Positions 51,248 to 64,000 of a DNA stretch of 64,000 nt are shown piece by piece. A program made the position numbers and the translations under genes. This DNA is from Saccostrea cucullata (lineage: Eukaryota), in the NCBI RefSeq assembly GCF_032062105.1, contig NW_026929981.1:124001-188000 (forward strand), in the 5' to 3' direction. The notes below the pieces were generated by a model. It was not told where the DNA came from, made no database searches, and saw only the letters and a list, made by a program, of their open reading frames with translations. Positions within the stretch are counted from its first letter, which is position 1, and the number at the start of each line of letters is the position of its first letter.

Positions 51248-51979
51248 GTAATGTATTTTCAACGATATCATTTACAAAGGAAGAAATGAAAATAGTTGCT
51301 TTCCTAGCAATAGATTTCTGTAACATAACTCATTATTCTTTTTCGAGACAATATATGGGCTTTAACGAATTTTTATTTTATGACCTCCATTCTTGATCTT
51401 TCTTACTATCGAGTTTTTTTTTCTTGCATACTTGATACAATTTTCTCTTCATACAGTCAGTTTGTGACACGTTTTTAAAGGATTTTTTTAGTTACAGAAT
51501 ACCTTTTTACAGAGAATATTGAATACTGAATTCCATATACTAAGCCCAGAGTGACCCCAAGGGTTGATATCATATTTGTTATCATGGATTTGTTAATAAT
51601 GCAAAAACTCTATTTAACATATATTTAATTTATTATGCCAGTTCACATGTATACACACCAAAGATGTTTCGTAATTCATGTTTATGAACTTTTTCGTTGA
51701 AATCTTATCGAGTTATTTTTTTTTAACAGATGATCATTGAGTAGTGAAAACTTGTTCGTGCTAGTACCTCTGCGAAATGGGACACTGCTTTATACGGTGT
51801 TTTCCGCAGGACTGGTCTCCAATTCCCACACCGGGATTTGCCTGCATTGTGCATGGTTGGGGTATAGTTCTGTTATATGTGCAGGGCGACAAAATGTTCC
51901 TTCACAGGTCACTAACACGTGAAATATGTTGGAACTATTTACATCTAATAATAACTGTCAGAAATGCATAAAATTAAGA

Positions 51980-52400
51980 AGGAAATGTCTACCGTAGCAA
52001 TACTTTTTGAACTATCCTATGATGGCACTTATAGGAAATTGCTGTCATGGCAATATTGTGGATTTTTTCTACACCATAAGGACGTAGAAATTGTCTAACG
52101 CAGCATTAAATGGGAAATGTTTACCTTGGCAGTGTTTTGGGGTCTTACTATGGCAGTATTATGGGAAAAAATACCATAGCAACATTTTTGAAGAAAAAAA
52201 ATCTACCATAACAAAGTTAAAAGTGACTATCATAACATTAGGCGGGACGCCGTAACAATCCTATAGTCGTGGGGGAACTGTCTTATTCTCACTATGTACC
52301 GTAGAAAAAACATGGGAAATTTCGCCCTATGTCTATACCATGGCATTAAGTGGACAATGTCTTTAGTGGCAATATTGCGGGGAAATGTCAACCATAGACA
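51980..52400 (+). repeat. Degenerate minisatellite (~30-bp units, GGGAAATGTCTACCATRGCA-like)
   Basis: Repeated GGAAATGTCTACCGTAGCAATA, GGGAAATGTTTACCTTGGCAGT, GGGAAAAAATACCATAGCAACA, GGGAAATGTCAACCATAG. Confidence 0.5.
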
Positions 52401-54804
52401 AAAACGACAAAGTTTTCTGTAGGAGGACAGAATAAAAGATTTAAATTGATACACGTACAAACTCACAGTTTTGACACTTTTCATAGCTGGGGCACAAAAG
52501 GTTAGTAACTTCCTGTGCATAAATTTTCACAATCGTGTCTCTCCTATCACTTGCGCTTAATGCATTACAATCTTCGGGCAACTCTGTGTATGCTTACTTC
52601 ATCACTTCAAAGTCACTTGTCAGAGCTTGCAAAATTTTACAAACATTAATTTTCTTCACGAGATGTCCGACACGGAAAAAGAGACGATTGCACTTGATTG
52701 TTCAAGCATTCTGCACACAAAAAATGTCATCCATGGCCATAATTTTCAAAAAGGAGGTGTACATCCCAAATGCAGAGTTTATTGCTGTCACAAAATTCTT
52801 TTTAATGAAGATTAAATTTCGTATTTATAGAAAGCCATTTGAAAGAATGTAAATCATGAGAGATGGGAAAGATGGGAAAGAATTTTGTATTTTTTATTCT
52901 TCAAACTTTTTCAAAAAATTGTCCACATTCTGTTTGAGATTAAAGAAAACCTATATCGAGTCAGTCAAATCTTCTACAAAACTTGTATTTGACGTAAAAT
53001 AACATTTTCTGATTCAGTGAAACATCCAGTGAAAAGTAACTTTATACTGAGTAATCTGGTCGCTTTTATAAGACAATTACTTTATTCCTTTTTCCTTAAT
53101 TATTCATCAATTAGTAATGAAAAGAAAGTACCTGCTTTTAAGTCAATTTCCCCCTTAAATCCTGTACTATCCAGATAGAACGAAGTACACACAAAGTATG
53201 AAATTAATCATAATATGCTCACATGTCTAAAACAATGCTCTTTCTAAACAACAAAAAGACAATGGAAAATGATCTGCGGTTGTCATTGTATTTTTTTGTT
53301 TATATTTCTCTCATTTATTTAAGCCCAGTCTACGTAACACGGTTGATTATAGGTGATAAAAATGGTATAAAACTTTACAAGCATAACGCTTTTAGTTCTC
53401 GGGGGTTTGGAATGCAACAATGCCTTACACTTGTCGTTTCGTTAATTTATCTGTCATATTTTCGCTGTTTTAGATCATCGTCAGACATTGACGAGTGAAG
53501 GAATTTTACAGAACATGTTCATGGCACTTATATCTTGGTGCGGACTTTGATATTTGTACTTGTTCCTTGCATTTCCTCAATATAGAGAAATAAGTTCCTA
53601 TTTTGTCAATGTCCCCCCGTGGAAAGTGTATTTCAATGAGTCATTTGGACAGTCACTGAACTTTAATTGCCCACAGTGCGGAATTTTTACGTTTAAGTTC
53701 AAAGTGAAACAAAAATTAAGATATGTGTTATTTTTCTATTTCGGCGGTGGTCCCTTTTCTCAAGAAATGTTGTTGGTTATGCTCCTAATGAATTCATAAA
53801 CCCATTTCAAGACAACTCAGTCGGGATTTATCGCTTCATATCTACGAAGCCTAAACTTTGCTTGATTTATATTACTCTTATTTATTCGAATTGTTCATTA
53901 TTTTATATAACTAGTGGTAGGAAAACATAAGCATCACGATAGTCACACTTTTCTTCCATAAAACAGTGTCGTTTTGTTCGTGACTATTGTCATGCAATGC
54001 ATGACAAGGTCTGGAGGCTATTTTAACATGTTTTGATGCAACCGTTAATAGACCAACAGCCTCATGTGTCAATTTCAACACATGTAAAACATTTCGAAAG
54101 ACATATAATTTTGCAAGAAATTAATTACCCAAATAGTGATTAATGTGGACCATTCCAGTTTATTGAAGTTGGAAAATTTAAAGAATATGGCAAATTATAT
54201 ATAAAAATTAATGCAAGTTTTTGTATGTACAGACATTAATTAATAACAAGGTAATTGGAAAAAAAACAAGAGCGATACAATCGACATTTATTCCATTTTT
54301 TTTTTCAATGATAATCTTCAAGGTTTGTCTAAAGAGATGGCAAAGAAATGGTGATGAATGTGTGCAGCGTTTTATGATTAGGAATCGTCCAAGCGATTTA
54401 AGTGTGTCCGTGTACAAGTCGCCGATAAATCCCTCACAACCGATCTTTGACACCTTTATTACCTCCTAGAGCAGAAGAACGGAGGTATTGTGCAGTATGG
54501 GTTATAAAAATGCAATATTGCCGAACAATGTGTATTGTAGAGAAGAGAGGGTCAAGCTAAACTTTGCACGATTAATATTACGCAATGGTGTATAGACTCT
54601 GAGGAATTCCTTAGGTTTTAGTATCTTTATAAATCTATAAAACAACTGACAGGTCCATAATACCAAAAATTCCACAGATGTCAGTATAAAATTATTTTTG
54701 AATAATTACTGATTAATTTTCTTTTCTCACTGGTATCGTATATCGAAGGTAGATATTTTAATCTATATTTATCATATGGATCTATGTATTCATGGATTGA
54801 AATA

Positions 54805-54954
54805 CAGTAAAACTCAGTTATAATGAAGTCATTGGGACCTGTGAAATTACTTCGCTATATCCATAATTCGTAATATTCATATAAGGAATTCGTCAAATTC
54901 ATATAGTAGGAATATAGATAATTTATATCCGTAAAAAATAAATGAGTTTTACTG
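54805..54954. mobile_element. Tc1/mariner-pogo-type MITE
   Basis: TA|CAGTAAAACTC ... GAGTTTTACTG|TA: 11-bp TIR with TA TSD. Confidence 0.75.
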
Positions 54955-57499
54955 TAATTTTTGACATTGAAATTTTAATGAGTTCATTTATATAACATAG
55001 TTAAATATTATAAAGTATGAATACATTTTTGTCAAAAAGAAAAAGGAAAATTAATAAATTTTAAAAATTAAAAAGATCACATAATTAATAGAATCCAAGA
55101 AAACTTTCACAGATGAACATTAAATCTACATTCTCCATAATCATAAGGCCTTCTGTTAGATTTATTTTATCTATGATAAATTACTTAACAGGTATATTAT
55201 ACTCTTTTCATTTCCCCATATCGAGTGTAATAAAGTATGCATAAAGACCAAATGTCCTCGATACAAATAACAAGAATTAAGACGGAAGATTGTAAACATC
55301 CTTTGTTTTAATAAATAAAAAACATATCTCAAGTTTAAACCATGAGATGTTAACCTTTTTGTCTTGTTTTTCTCTGAAGCTGTCGACATAATTCTAAACT
55401 GACTTCCTCTGGGACATTAAAACAAAACGTCACGTAGACAAAAAAAGAAAACCATTGTTTTAAAAATGTCTCCAAAAGTCCGACTTTATATGCATTTTTT
55501 AAGGGTGTTATGACTTAAAAAATTACCAAACTGATGGTCATTGATATGACTCAGCAAATATGATTTTACCGGTGATTTAGAAATTCGGGGGAATTTTAGG
55601 TCTTATTTATATCTTAGTCCAATTGTTCTTGTCGACCAAAAATGTTGTCGAACACACAAAAGAAATGTCGATAGCTTAGAAAGCACGTGTTTTGTCCAGA
55701 TTTATGATTAATAGTGTCTCTGTTTCGCAATCTAGACAACCAACAATAATGGTTTGTCCCGCATTGAATGCACCGGCATCTTTTGGTCATCTAAGATGAC
55801 GTCATGCATCATTGCCCACTAAGTGACTTTCTAAAGATCAATGATCCGCCTCTTTAATTGTTGTAAGCTGATAACATTGCACATTTTGACTCTAATTTTG
55901 TAATTTTTAAATAGAGTGAAAACTATTCATTTACATAAAGATTGTATTGTAATTTAAGAAATTTATTGGAGATAGTTTGGGAGGTATTTCTTGATATTGT
56001 AAAAGTTAATCCCATTCTTATTTAATTTCTATCGATGTTTAACATTGAATCATTTGAATAAATTATAATTAATCATTAACTGATAATATCTGATTGTACA
56101 GCATATTTAAGATGCTCCACAAATTGCAGATGTATACTAAAAGGTAAAAAATAAAAGGTTTAGTTTTGTCTGAAATGAAAACCAGGAACAATAAATCCGA
56201 ATCAGGCATGTAAACCACTCTGATCTAGGACCTAAAGTTTAGCACCAGATGACACACTTATCTTCTTGATGAATTATAATTTAATGTTTAAAGCAAGAAA
56301 AATGAAAAGTAAAACATTAAACTATTATTGATCGAGTTTACTACATGACTATTATTATTTTTAATATGTTGTTTGATAAATGCTTTTTCAAAAGACAAGA
56401 CAGTTCAGTGGTATACATTGCCTGTAAATCATTGTTGGGGTAAAGACTTTTTTCGAAAACATAAAGAGCAATTGATAATTATCAGGTGATTTACTTGTTA
56501 ACATTTTGTCAAATTTTTTCTTCAAAGGTTAACCTTCAAAATTAATTGCATAATTATTTTGAAATCATGGCATAGCATAAACAAAATTGAAATTCACAAA
56601 AAATCCAAAGTTTAAAAATACATGAAAATAAATTCTTCATTTGAAACAAAAAAGGTGTCATTGTTATTCAACATATGATAGGATTTGCTGTGTCAAAAAG
56701 AAGAGCCATCTCGCAATATTTGACAGTCTATGAATGCTAAAAAACACACTATGCTAATGACAAAAAAATCAAAATACCAACCTTTCAGTTGTATAAATAT
56801 TTATCTCCTTAACGTAATTCCTCATAAAATTTTCTACTACAGACTTTTGTGCAAAAAACTTTGGGTATTGAAGGAGCTTGTAATATTCCTTATAATATCA
56901 TGCCGACACTGGTCTTAGAGAGTCTACCTCCACACTGGTAAGGCCCGCGAACGACAGAATCTCGTCTGCCTAGTGCGTTACAGGTAAAGCTAGCATTCAC
57001 CTGGAATCCACCAGATCGCATTTGTCATCACACCTGTCAAATAAATACGAAAGAAGACATGTTTTGTCTTAATTTATAGTTCTTCAAACCCCGATCACTG
57101 ATTTCAGTGGTCAGATCTATAACATCCTATCAATTTTGCAAAATCACCATTATCATCCCTTTGAACCGAATTTTTGCATGTCGCAGTGATAAATTTTTGA
57201 ACATTGGCTATTCACGTTTTATTTCATATCAATTGATATTGAACTGACTTTTAAATAAAAAATATTAAAATAAACAATTTTTTTTTTTAATTCTAATAAC
57301 AAAGTTTTTGCTAATTAATTACTTGACAGAACGCTTAAATTTTCATAAAGAAAAGAAGACAAAATTATTTTCAATGTGTTTAAAATTATTTCTTAGATTT
57401 TCATTTTCATTTCCTTTGATCATATATTTTTTTTTTCAGTAAAACACTTTCACTATATAACAAATTTCTCTTAAAAAAACAACAACAGCAAACAAAACT

Positions 57500-58435
57500 C
57501 CTTCAAAAGTTATAAATAATTTTAAAATTAGTTTAAAGTTTAACTAGGTTAAAAAACAAGGCTAGGGACATGAAGTAAAATATATATTTTGTACCCTAAG
57601 ACAGGTCTTGTCACAAAGAATACACGATGAAAAATGAATGTCCTTGACCTAAGCATTCAAATATTATGGTCAAGGTTGAGCTTTTGCGACGAACAGAAGG
57701 ACAAATAGACGTACATATAAAAAAAAAACTATACGTTCCAATAGCTATTTTAGCTAATAGATATTTTATAAAACTTGATAAGGAAACGTGCTACAAAAAA
57801 GTGAGTGCATGGATTGATTTAGAAAATTATCTTTTTATGTTTGTTTATAAATGAAGCAAATATCTAATTCTTCAATTTTCATTTATAAAAATAAGATTTC
57901 TTTGTAAAACCCCGATGACCTCGTGTGGCAGATTATGGCAAAGGTTAAAGTCTCTCAAATGAAAGTCAAACTTCTAGGTCAAGTGTTTAAAATTGTTGGT
58001 ACACATAGAAGGAATGACTGTCCAATTAAAATATACTTGTGGATACGAAATACCAGGCTACAACCTTTCAAACGTGGTGGTTATTTTTTAAGAGGGTCAA
58101 ACGTCAAGGTCAAATGGTCGAAATATATTGTAACCAGGGGAAGGATGTAATACAAGGAATGCACCTGTGAAATAAGAAAGTCCCTATAATTCTAACCATT
58201 CAAAAATTGCAGCCAAGGTTCAAGTTGATTTAGGCCAAGGCCAATGTCAAATGGTAAAAAAAAATATATGATTATATATATACCCAAGAAAGGCATTGTC
58301 ACAAGAAATACACATGTGAAACATGAAAAACTTAGAACCCCTTTTTTCAAAAGTTATAACCAAGGTTAAAGTTGGGTAAGTTTTTGGCAAGAGTGGGTCA
58401 AAGTCAAAAGGCCAAATATTTTTATTACCAACTAC
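57500..58435. repeat. Degenerate Helentron-associated satellite-like repeats (~140-150 bp units)
   Basis: Recurring AAGGTCAA/AAGGTTAAAGT and GGTCTTGTCACAAG.AATACACATGTGAAA motifs (57604, 58143, 58291); GACGAACAGAAGGACAAATAGACG microsatellite relic at ~57690. Confidence 0.55.
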
Positions 58436-61400
58436 AAAATGTCTTTTAGATTTAATAAACTTTTATGAATTTGAATAAATGTTTTCTTGTACAGCTGTTG
58501 TAGCTATTTTTCTTTTTCTTTATTTAAATTTGCAACGTGTATGTATGGAAAACAATTACTTAAGTACTACTTTTGCAACCACCAAAATATATATTTGGCT
58601 TTTTTATTACAAATATTCATTCTGAGTCTATATATTAAGAATTGATGTATGATGTTTGCACACAACTTGTTTGCAAAATAGAAATTTATCCGTTTAATAT
58701 TCCCACGTACGCACCTAACAATTAACAAATACAAATGCACCTGCGCTCTATTTTGTATAAATATATATATTTGGTAACATGAAACGGTGTTTTCAATGTT
58801 TTGTATTTCGATTAGCTAGAATTTCTTTCTAATTTTAACCAACAATATACCACGGAACTAAATTTACATTCCCTCAAAATAATGGTGTATACTGGAATAT
58901 CAAGGAATGCATGTATCAACACGTGTAAGTTGCAATTTGACCATGCTCCCTCAAAGTTCAGCAAGTAACATGCAAAATTCCTGGAAACAAAACATTTAAA
59001 ATCAAAATGCAACGGCGCACTAGGAAACAAAATAATCTTGTCAATTACTTGTTTTACAATGTCAGTACCTGGTCCAATAGTTAGTGTATACTCGAGGAAC
59101 AATCGGACATTGTCTGATCAAGATTTTGATCCCTCGTAACGTCTGTTGTTGAATAATTTATTAAAGAAAGAAATCACTCAAGGATCTTTTTCACTTCCCA
59201 AAAAGTCATAAGAATCTCAAGCATCTATTTGATATCAACTTCAGGATACTTGTGCTTACAATCAGAGTGTTTTTAACAAAGTAGTTAATGAGCATTTGCT
59301 GTGGACAAGTCACACCACCTACATATTAATAGGCAGGCAGATTGTTCCAAAGTTTAAAGTAGGAAAGCATGGAAAAATCATAAAAAAGGACATAACATTA
59401 AGGATAGATGATATAATAGTTGCTTTGAATGAAACTTAATAACAAGGGAAAGTTTTAGGGAAAAGTGGATTATTATTTAAATTGTTCTCCTTAGACTTTG
59501 TGAATGAAAAACCTACCATATTTCCCCCCAAAAGCAAATAACCAGAGTAATCATGGTAAAATTGTTTAATATTTATTAATTTACCCTTTTTTCGCCTCAA
59601 AAATTTTTCTAAAGAAGCACAAAGTGAACTGACATTTCATTTACTTAATAACCTGTCGTATTTTTTTGCATAAAAGTAATGATACCCGGAAAATATGAAC
59701 TAATACTTTAATAATATAACAAATGTCCACAAATCACACTCAGTAAAAGTGAACAAATAAAAATAATTTCAGAATATGTTTGTTTGGTGCTTCTAGCGTA
59801 ATATAAACTTTATAAACTTAAGAATTTTATAATCTAGGAAAAGCAAAACGGTGAAAATCAAAAAAATTGAATAGGATGACTTTTTTTTGCAATTTTACTT
59901 TTCCTCATAAAATCACTTTGCTTGGCATATTTTTTAAATGTTTATATTAAACATAAGCACCATGCTAACATCTGTAAACCTTTACGGAGTGTGATGTGTC
60001 AATTTTTATAATTCTATTGAAGTATTGAAGTATTTATTAATATTTTCCAAGTGTCATTTCTTTTATGCAAGAAAAAACAAAATTAAGGTTATTGAGTAAA
60101 TATAATATCAGTTCACTTTATTCTCTTTTCGAAAAATATTTTTGAAGACAAAATTTTAAACGAATGAAGGTTAAGCAATTTTACCATGATTAATCTAGTG
60201 TGTGCTTTTGGGGGATAATAAGGAAGGTATTTCATCCTCCAAGTCTAAAGAAAAAATTCAGAGAATTATCTATTTGACTAAAATTGTAACATGCTATCTC
60301 GTAAGTCTCTTTCAAAGGAAGTCATACAAATTGATAGAAGACATGGTCTCCGAAGACTACAGATACGATATCAATGAAGAACTCCAGCTTTCTTTTTATA
60401 ACTACACATGTAGTTCAGAGAACGATTGTTTAGAATCAGAGTGATTTTGTTGATGGCCAATCACAAGATAAAAATGTCTGAAATTGCTTAAAAAATAAAT
60501 TTCTAACGTACATAGAAATCGTAAGTTTTCTTTTGGAATATATGCAAGTTTTGGACTATACCTTATTTTTTAATCATTATTACAAAATTTCACTAACGTA
60601 CCTTTGCAGACAGTTAACGTATTAGAACAAAAATATATATGAGATATATTGCGGATTTTTTTTAAATTGTCTGTGTCATTTATCCTCAATGAAGCTCATG
60701 GGAACTGCTTTAAACTTACAGCAATTTTCTATTCGCCAACATACTGGTATTCGAAAAAAATTGTCTTGAGTTAAGTAACCACCATCAATTTGTTTATGGT
60801 CTCCCACAATAACAAGACTAATGGTTTACATAATTTTCTTGTTAAACATTTATGGTGGTATTGCGATAGGGAAGGGTGTGTACAAGTATTGTATAAATTT
60901 TGCATAAGGTAACTCATCTTAAAAGATGAGTGGATTATCGTCAACTAAAAAATATTGTACAAGTAGTCTTCTTTGATTTAAAGAATATATATACTTTCTA
61001 ATTTATAAAGAAATGCCTGTCTCTAAAATTTTACTTTTACTCATGTCTGAGTTTTCGACCTAGGAATTGCTCTACTATTTTACAGATTCCGCACTAGAAT
61101 TCTTCCCCAAATGGTGTGCAGAGAATAAAATGTCATAGCTATCTAAAAAGTACACTCATATCGAATGAATTCACATGATTACTGAGCATCTTCTTTCACA
61201 TTAAAAGTAACAAACGAGACCTCTCAATCTTTTTAAACGATAACCTATGGCGTATTCGAAATGCTTTTTATTTCCTTTTGGTAGTTATTTTTACATATAG
61301 AGATTTAAATAAATGAATTTCAAAGATGAATTTCCGCTTTTTCTGTCACGTGCTTTAATATACTCGTTGTACTTTAAAGAAACGCCTAGCAAATGGAAAG

Positions 61401-62219
61401 AACTTTCTATCTTTTTATCTCAGAAAGAGATTTCACGAACTTTATTAATCGGTTAATCATGATTTAAGGCGGAAGTAGACACTTCATTTTTTTTTTACTC
61501 GCGTAATCCTTGCAATTCATACCTAGGAATGTCCAAAATAATCATTAATAACATTTCTTACATAAAGTCCGAGTCATTTCAATACGCTATGTGTTTTAGA
61601 TAATAGAATTATGTACTATTTCGAGCAATGTCTGACAATTATTTGGCAGTTGATTAAAATTTTCATTATAATATATTAAAAGTGCAATTAAGCACCGAGG
61701 AAAATGAAATGCAGTGCGCAGCTAGAATAAATAATTTTTTTTAATCAATACCTCCTGAGTGTAACAAAGACTCTTTGAATTCGGTCTGGTTCATTACAGT
61801 AAGGTAAAGAGATGGTTAATTAATTAATTAAAATTTTAATTTCTTATGATTTTGATGCGTGCACCGTGGTGTATATGATTAAGTTCTTGTCACATTATAA
61901 GTACAATCTAAGCAGAATCATTGCGTTACACTTCTGTCTTGGTGCAGTACAGATTTCTCTAATTTTCAATAGAAAAAGTACTTTGAAAAATAGGTATTTA
62001 CATAGTAAATTTGACATATGAAACCTGTAAATGTGCATGGACATAACAAAGTTTTTAACAATTTTCAGATTATGTACGTAAAACAAGTACCGGTAGAAGC
62101 GAACTTGGCAAAAATTCTTCTGCTTCCTTTATGCTATACTTGTAGCACAGTTTATTTTATGAGAAGGGTATTTTCATTTTTTTTTTTCAGTCAAATACTA
62201 GTATAATTTGTTTTACTTG

Positions 62220-63465
62220 AATACATCTTGATGGAAAGATGCGTGGTTCCATTCTCAGGTAGATCCTCCTTCATCGGCTGTTTCAGCGCTGTCCAGAGGT
62301 GCGCCGACTGGGGTTATTCGGTCCCAGTCTGGAACCACTTGGCTCTCAACACTGCTGTTCTATTTTACTGTCTTTTCCACTACTGTTTATTGTATTTCTA
62401 CTTCTTTGCTCTTCTTCTCCACTACTATATGGGCGCTGATTCTGTCTCCCTGCACTGACTCCCTCTCAATCTCCTTCTCGCTGCTCCCGTTATGACAATG
62501 ACTCTCAGTGCCCTCCACACAGACTGTCCCACGAATCCTCTACAACCCATTTCCACTGCAAAAAACGATCTTTCATCCATTCTGCTGACAATCCTTCAGA
62601 AAGTCATGGTACTTTAGATTTTTCCTTTCGTACGCATCCTCCAACCTATCTTCCCATGGCACTGTTAATTCCAAAATAATTGTTTGTGTTCTATCCACTG
62701 ATTAAATGACTATATCCTGCTCTCGTTTGTATCTATTATTTCAGATGGAAATACTAATCTTTCCTTGAGGTCTGCCCGCATCTGCGCGCCAAACTGTTGA
62801 TGTTCCCTGCAGTCCACTTTCTTTAACACTTACTTTATAACCTTTTCACCTTCTTTCAAAAAGTTGAAAAATCGGAGGCCCTCTGCGGTCTTCTCTGGCT
62901 TTTTGGTACTTTTCTCCAAGGTGTCAGCTATACTGGCTAGGGTTCTTTCATGTCTCAAAGGGTATCTCCCATCTTTCAAAGCCTCTGAACAAGCTGATAA
63001 TATGTGCTTGAAGTTTGCCGGTTTACCACAGAAGACACACTTTGGATCATCTGTCACCCACCCCCCGCCCATGTTACCAGATTAGTTGGGCCGGGAAGAA
63101 CAATATAAACCGATTTCAGTTTAAACTAAAGTCTGAATGGTCCCATCTTCCAAATATCATTCCATCCCAACTTTACTTGACATGCATTTTCCCAGTTCAA
63201 CCGGCTACCTTGTTTTTTTCATTCCAACTGCTTTTACAGTTCTTGAATCTTTCTCCAATGCATGTACTTCTCTCTGCACCGAACTGCGCTTCTCTTCTCC
63301 TGAAGCTTTTCCCCATCTTGCTGTTGCTGTGACACCAAGCCCTTGCCTTCCTATTGCCAGTTTTTCCATAATGTCACCGTGTCTCAATTGGGATTCTGCT
63401 TCTTCAATAGTTTTCTGTACTGACCACTTTCTCCTCGTGTCCTTATATCTACTTTTGCTGTCCAG
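62220..63465 (-). mobile_element. 5'-truncated, frameshifted non-LTR retrotransposon with restriction-like endonuclease (HERO-like)
   Basis: RKWSVQKTIEEAESQLRHGDIM..GRQGLG; LKSVY.VLP.P.NL..W; zinc knuckle CVFCGKPANFKHILSAC; LRHERTL; ELTVPWEDRLEDAYERKNLKY; VEMGCRGFVGQS. Stops and frameshifts are present. Confidence 0.8.
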
Positions 63466-63789
63466 GCCTTGAAATTATCCTTTTTTCTGTTGAAAAATAT
63501 GAAGCAAGGATCCACTGTATTTTAAAAATGTTTTTTTAGGACACGATATTTGTATCTTTTAGGGAAGTACTAGTATTTGGACTTCAGTTATAAAAGAGTC
63601 GTCTTACAAATGTCACATGAGTTATGAATTACTAGTATGTGGTTTGGTTGATAAAGTAACTTTCTCTGACACATGAGATTTTTTGGCCTTGGTTAAACCC
63701 CCACCGAACTCACCGAAAAGTTGTTGCCTAAAATATTTTCTGTTATAAGTTATCTTAGTCTTACTTACATATCATTTGATGAAACATAT

Positions 63790-63985
63790 AGATATAACGA
63801 ACAGTATTGAATATCAAAAGTCCATAAAACAATACAAAATAGGAGCAGAGCAAACACGGACCTTCAAAACATCAGCTGTTTGATCAAGTGCCATTGACGA
63901 GTGAGCATCCGCTGCCGACCTGTCACATCCACCGTGTGCTCCTTGTCATGATCGGAAAATAACGGGAAAATCCGTCGATATCAGA
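63790..63985 (-). mobile_element. Penelope-like family tail
   Basis: AATACAAAATAGGAGCAGAGCAAACACGGACCTTCAAAACATCAG..GTCACATCCACCGTGTGCTCCTTGTCATGATCGG, as at 4021 and 17820. Confidence 0.7.
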
Positions 63986-64000
63986 ACTTTTCTCTTAATA

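Noticed and set aside
51980-52400. CRISPR-like repeat array
   Set aside because: Eukaryotic context; degenerate adjacent units without unique spacers; no cas genes.
52230-54469. Cluster of 80-105 aa ORFs
   Set aside because: Composition typical of translated AT-rich non-coding DNA; no motifs or coherent splice pattern.
60202-60444. Acidic 80-aa ORF (EDMVSEDYRYDINEELQ..) as an exon
   Set aside because: No family motif and no partner exons could be linked.

Overview
AT-rich eukaryotic genomic DNA, most consistent with a bivalve mollusc (oyster-like, inferred from the gene and repeat content). I can reconstruct five intact spliced genes by hand, all with GT-AG introns and matching phases. A long secreted tyrosinase-like (type-3 copper) gene with a C-terminal chitin-binding-like domain lies on the minus strand (7014-11032, ~867 aa). 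Three tandem apolipoprotein D-like lipocalin genes follow on the plus strand (13397-14629, 20699-22505, 38542-39608), with a possible relic of a fourth (~25.8 kb). A compact tyrosinase-like gene lies on the minus strand (44219-47643, ~373 aa). The arrangement is <-Tyr / ApoD-> ApoD-> (relic) ApoD-> / <-Tyr, a candidate shell/pigment gene cluster with a conserved CACGTG+TATA promoter module. Between ApoD-2 and ApoD-3 sits a young ~5.8 kb non-coding element with split direct repeats (A-4.1 kb-B-A-0.36 kb-B; TOC1/PAT/Ngaro-like architecture). It is nested in a Kolobok-like MITE, which itself splits a Penelope-like relic. The rest contains many decayed Penelope-like (Naiad-type) RT fragments, several MITEs/foldbacks, a Helentron-like satellite stretch, and a 5'-truncated RLE-type (HERO-like) non-LTR retrotransposon. 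From about 48 to 62 kb I can support no genes.
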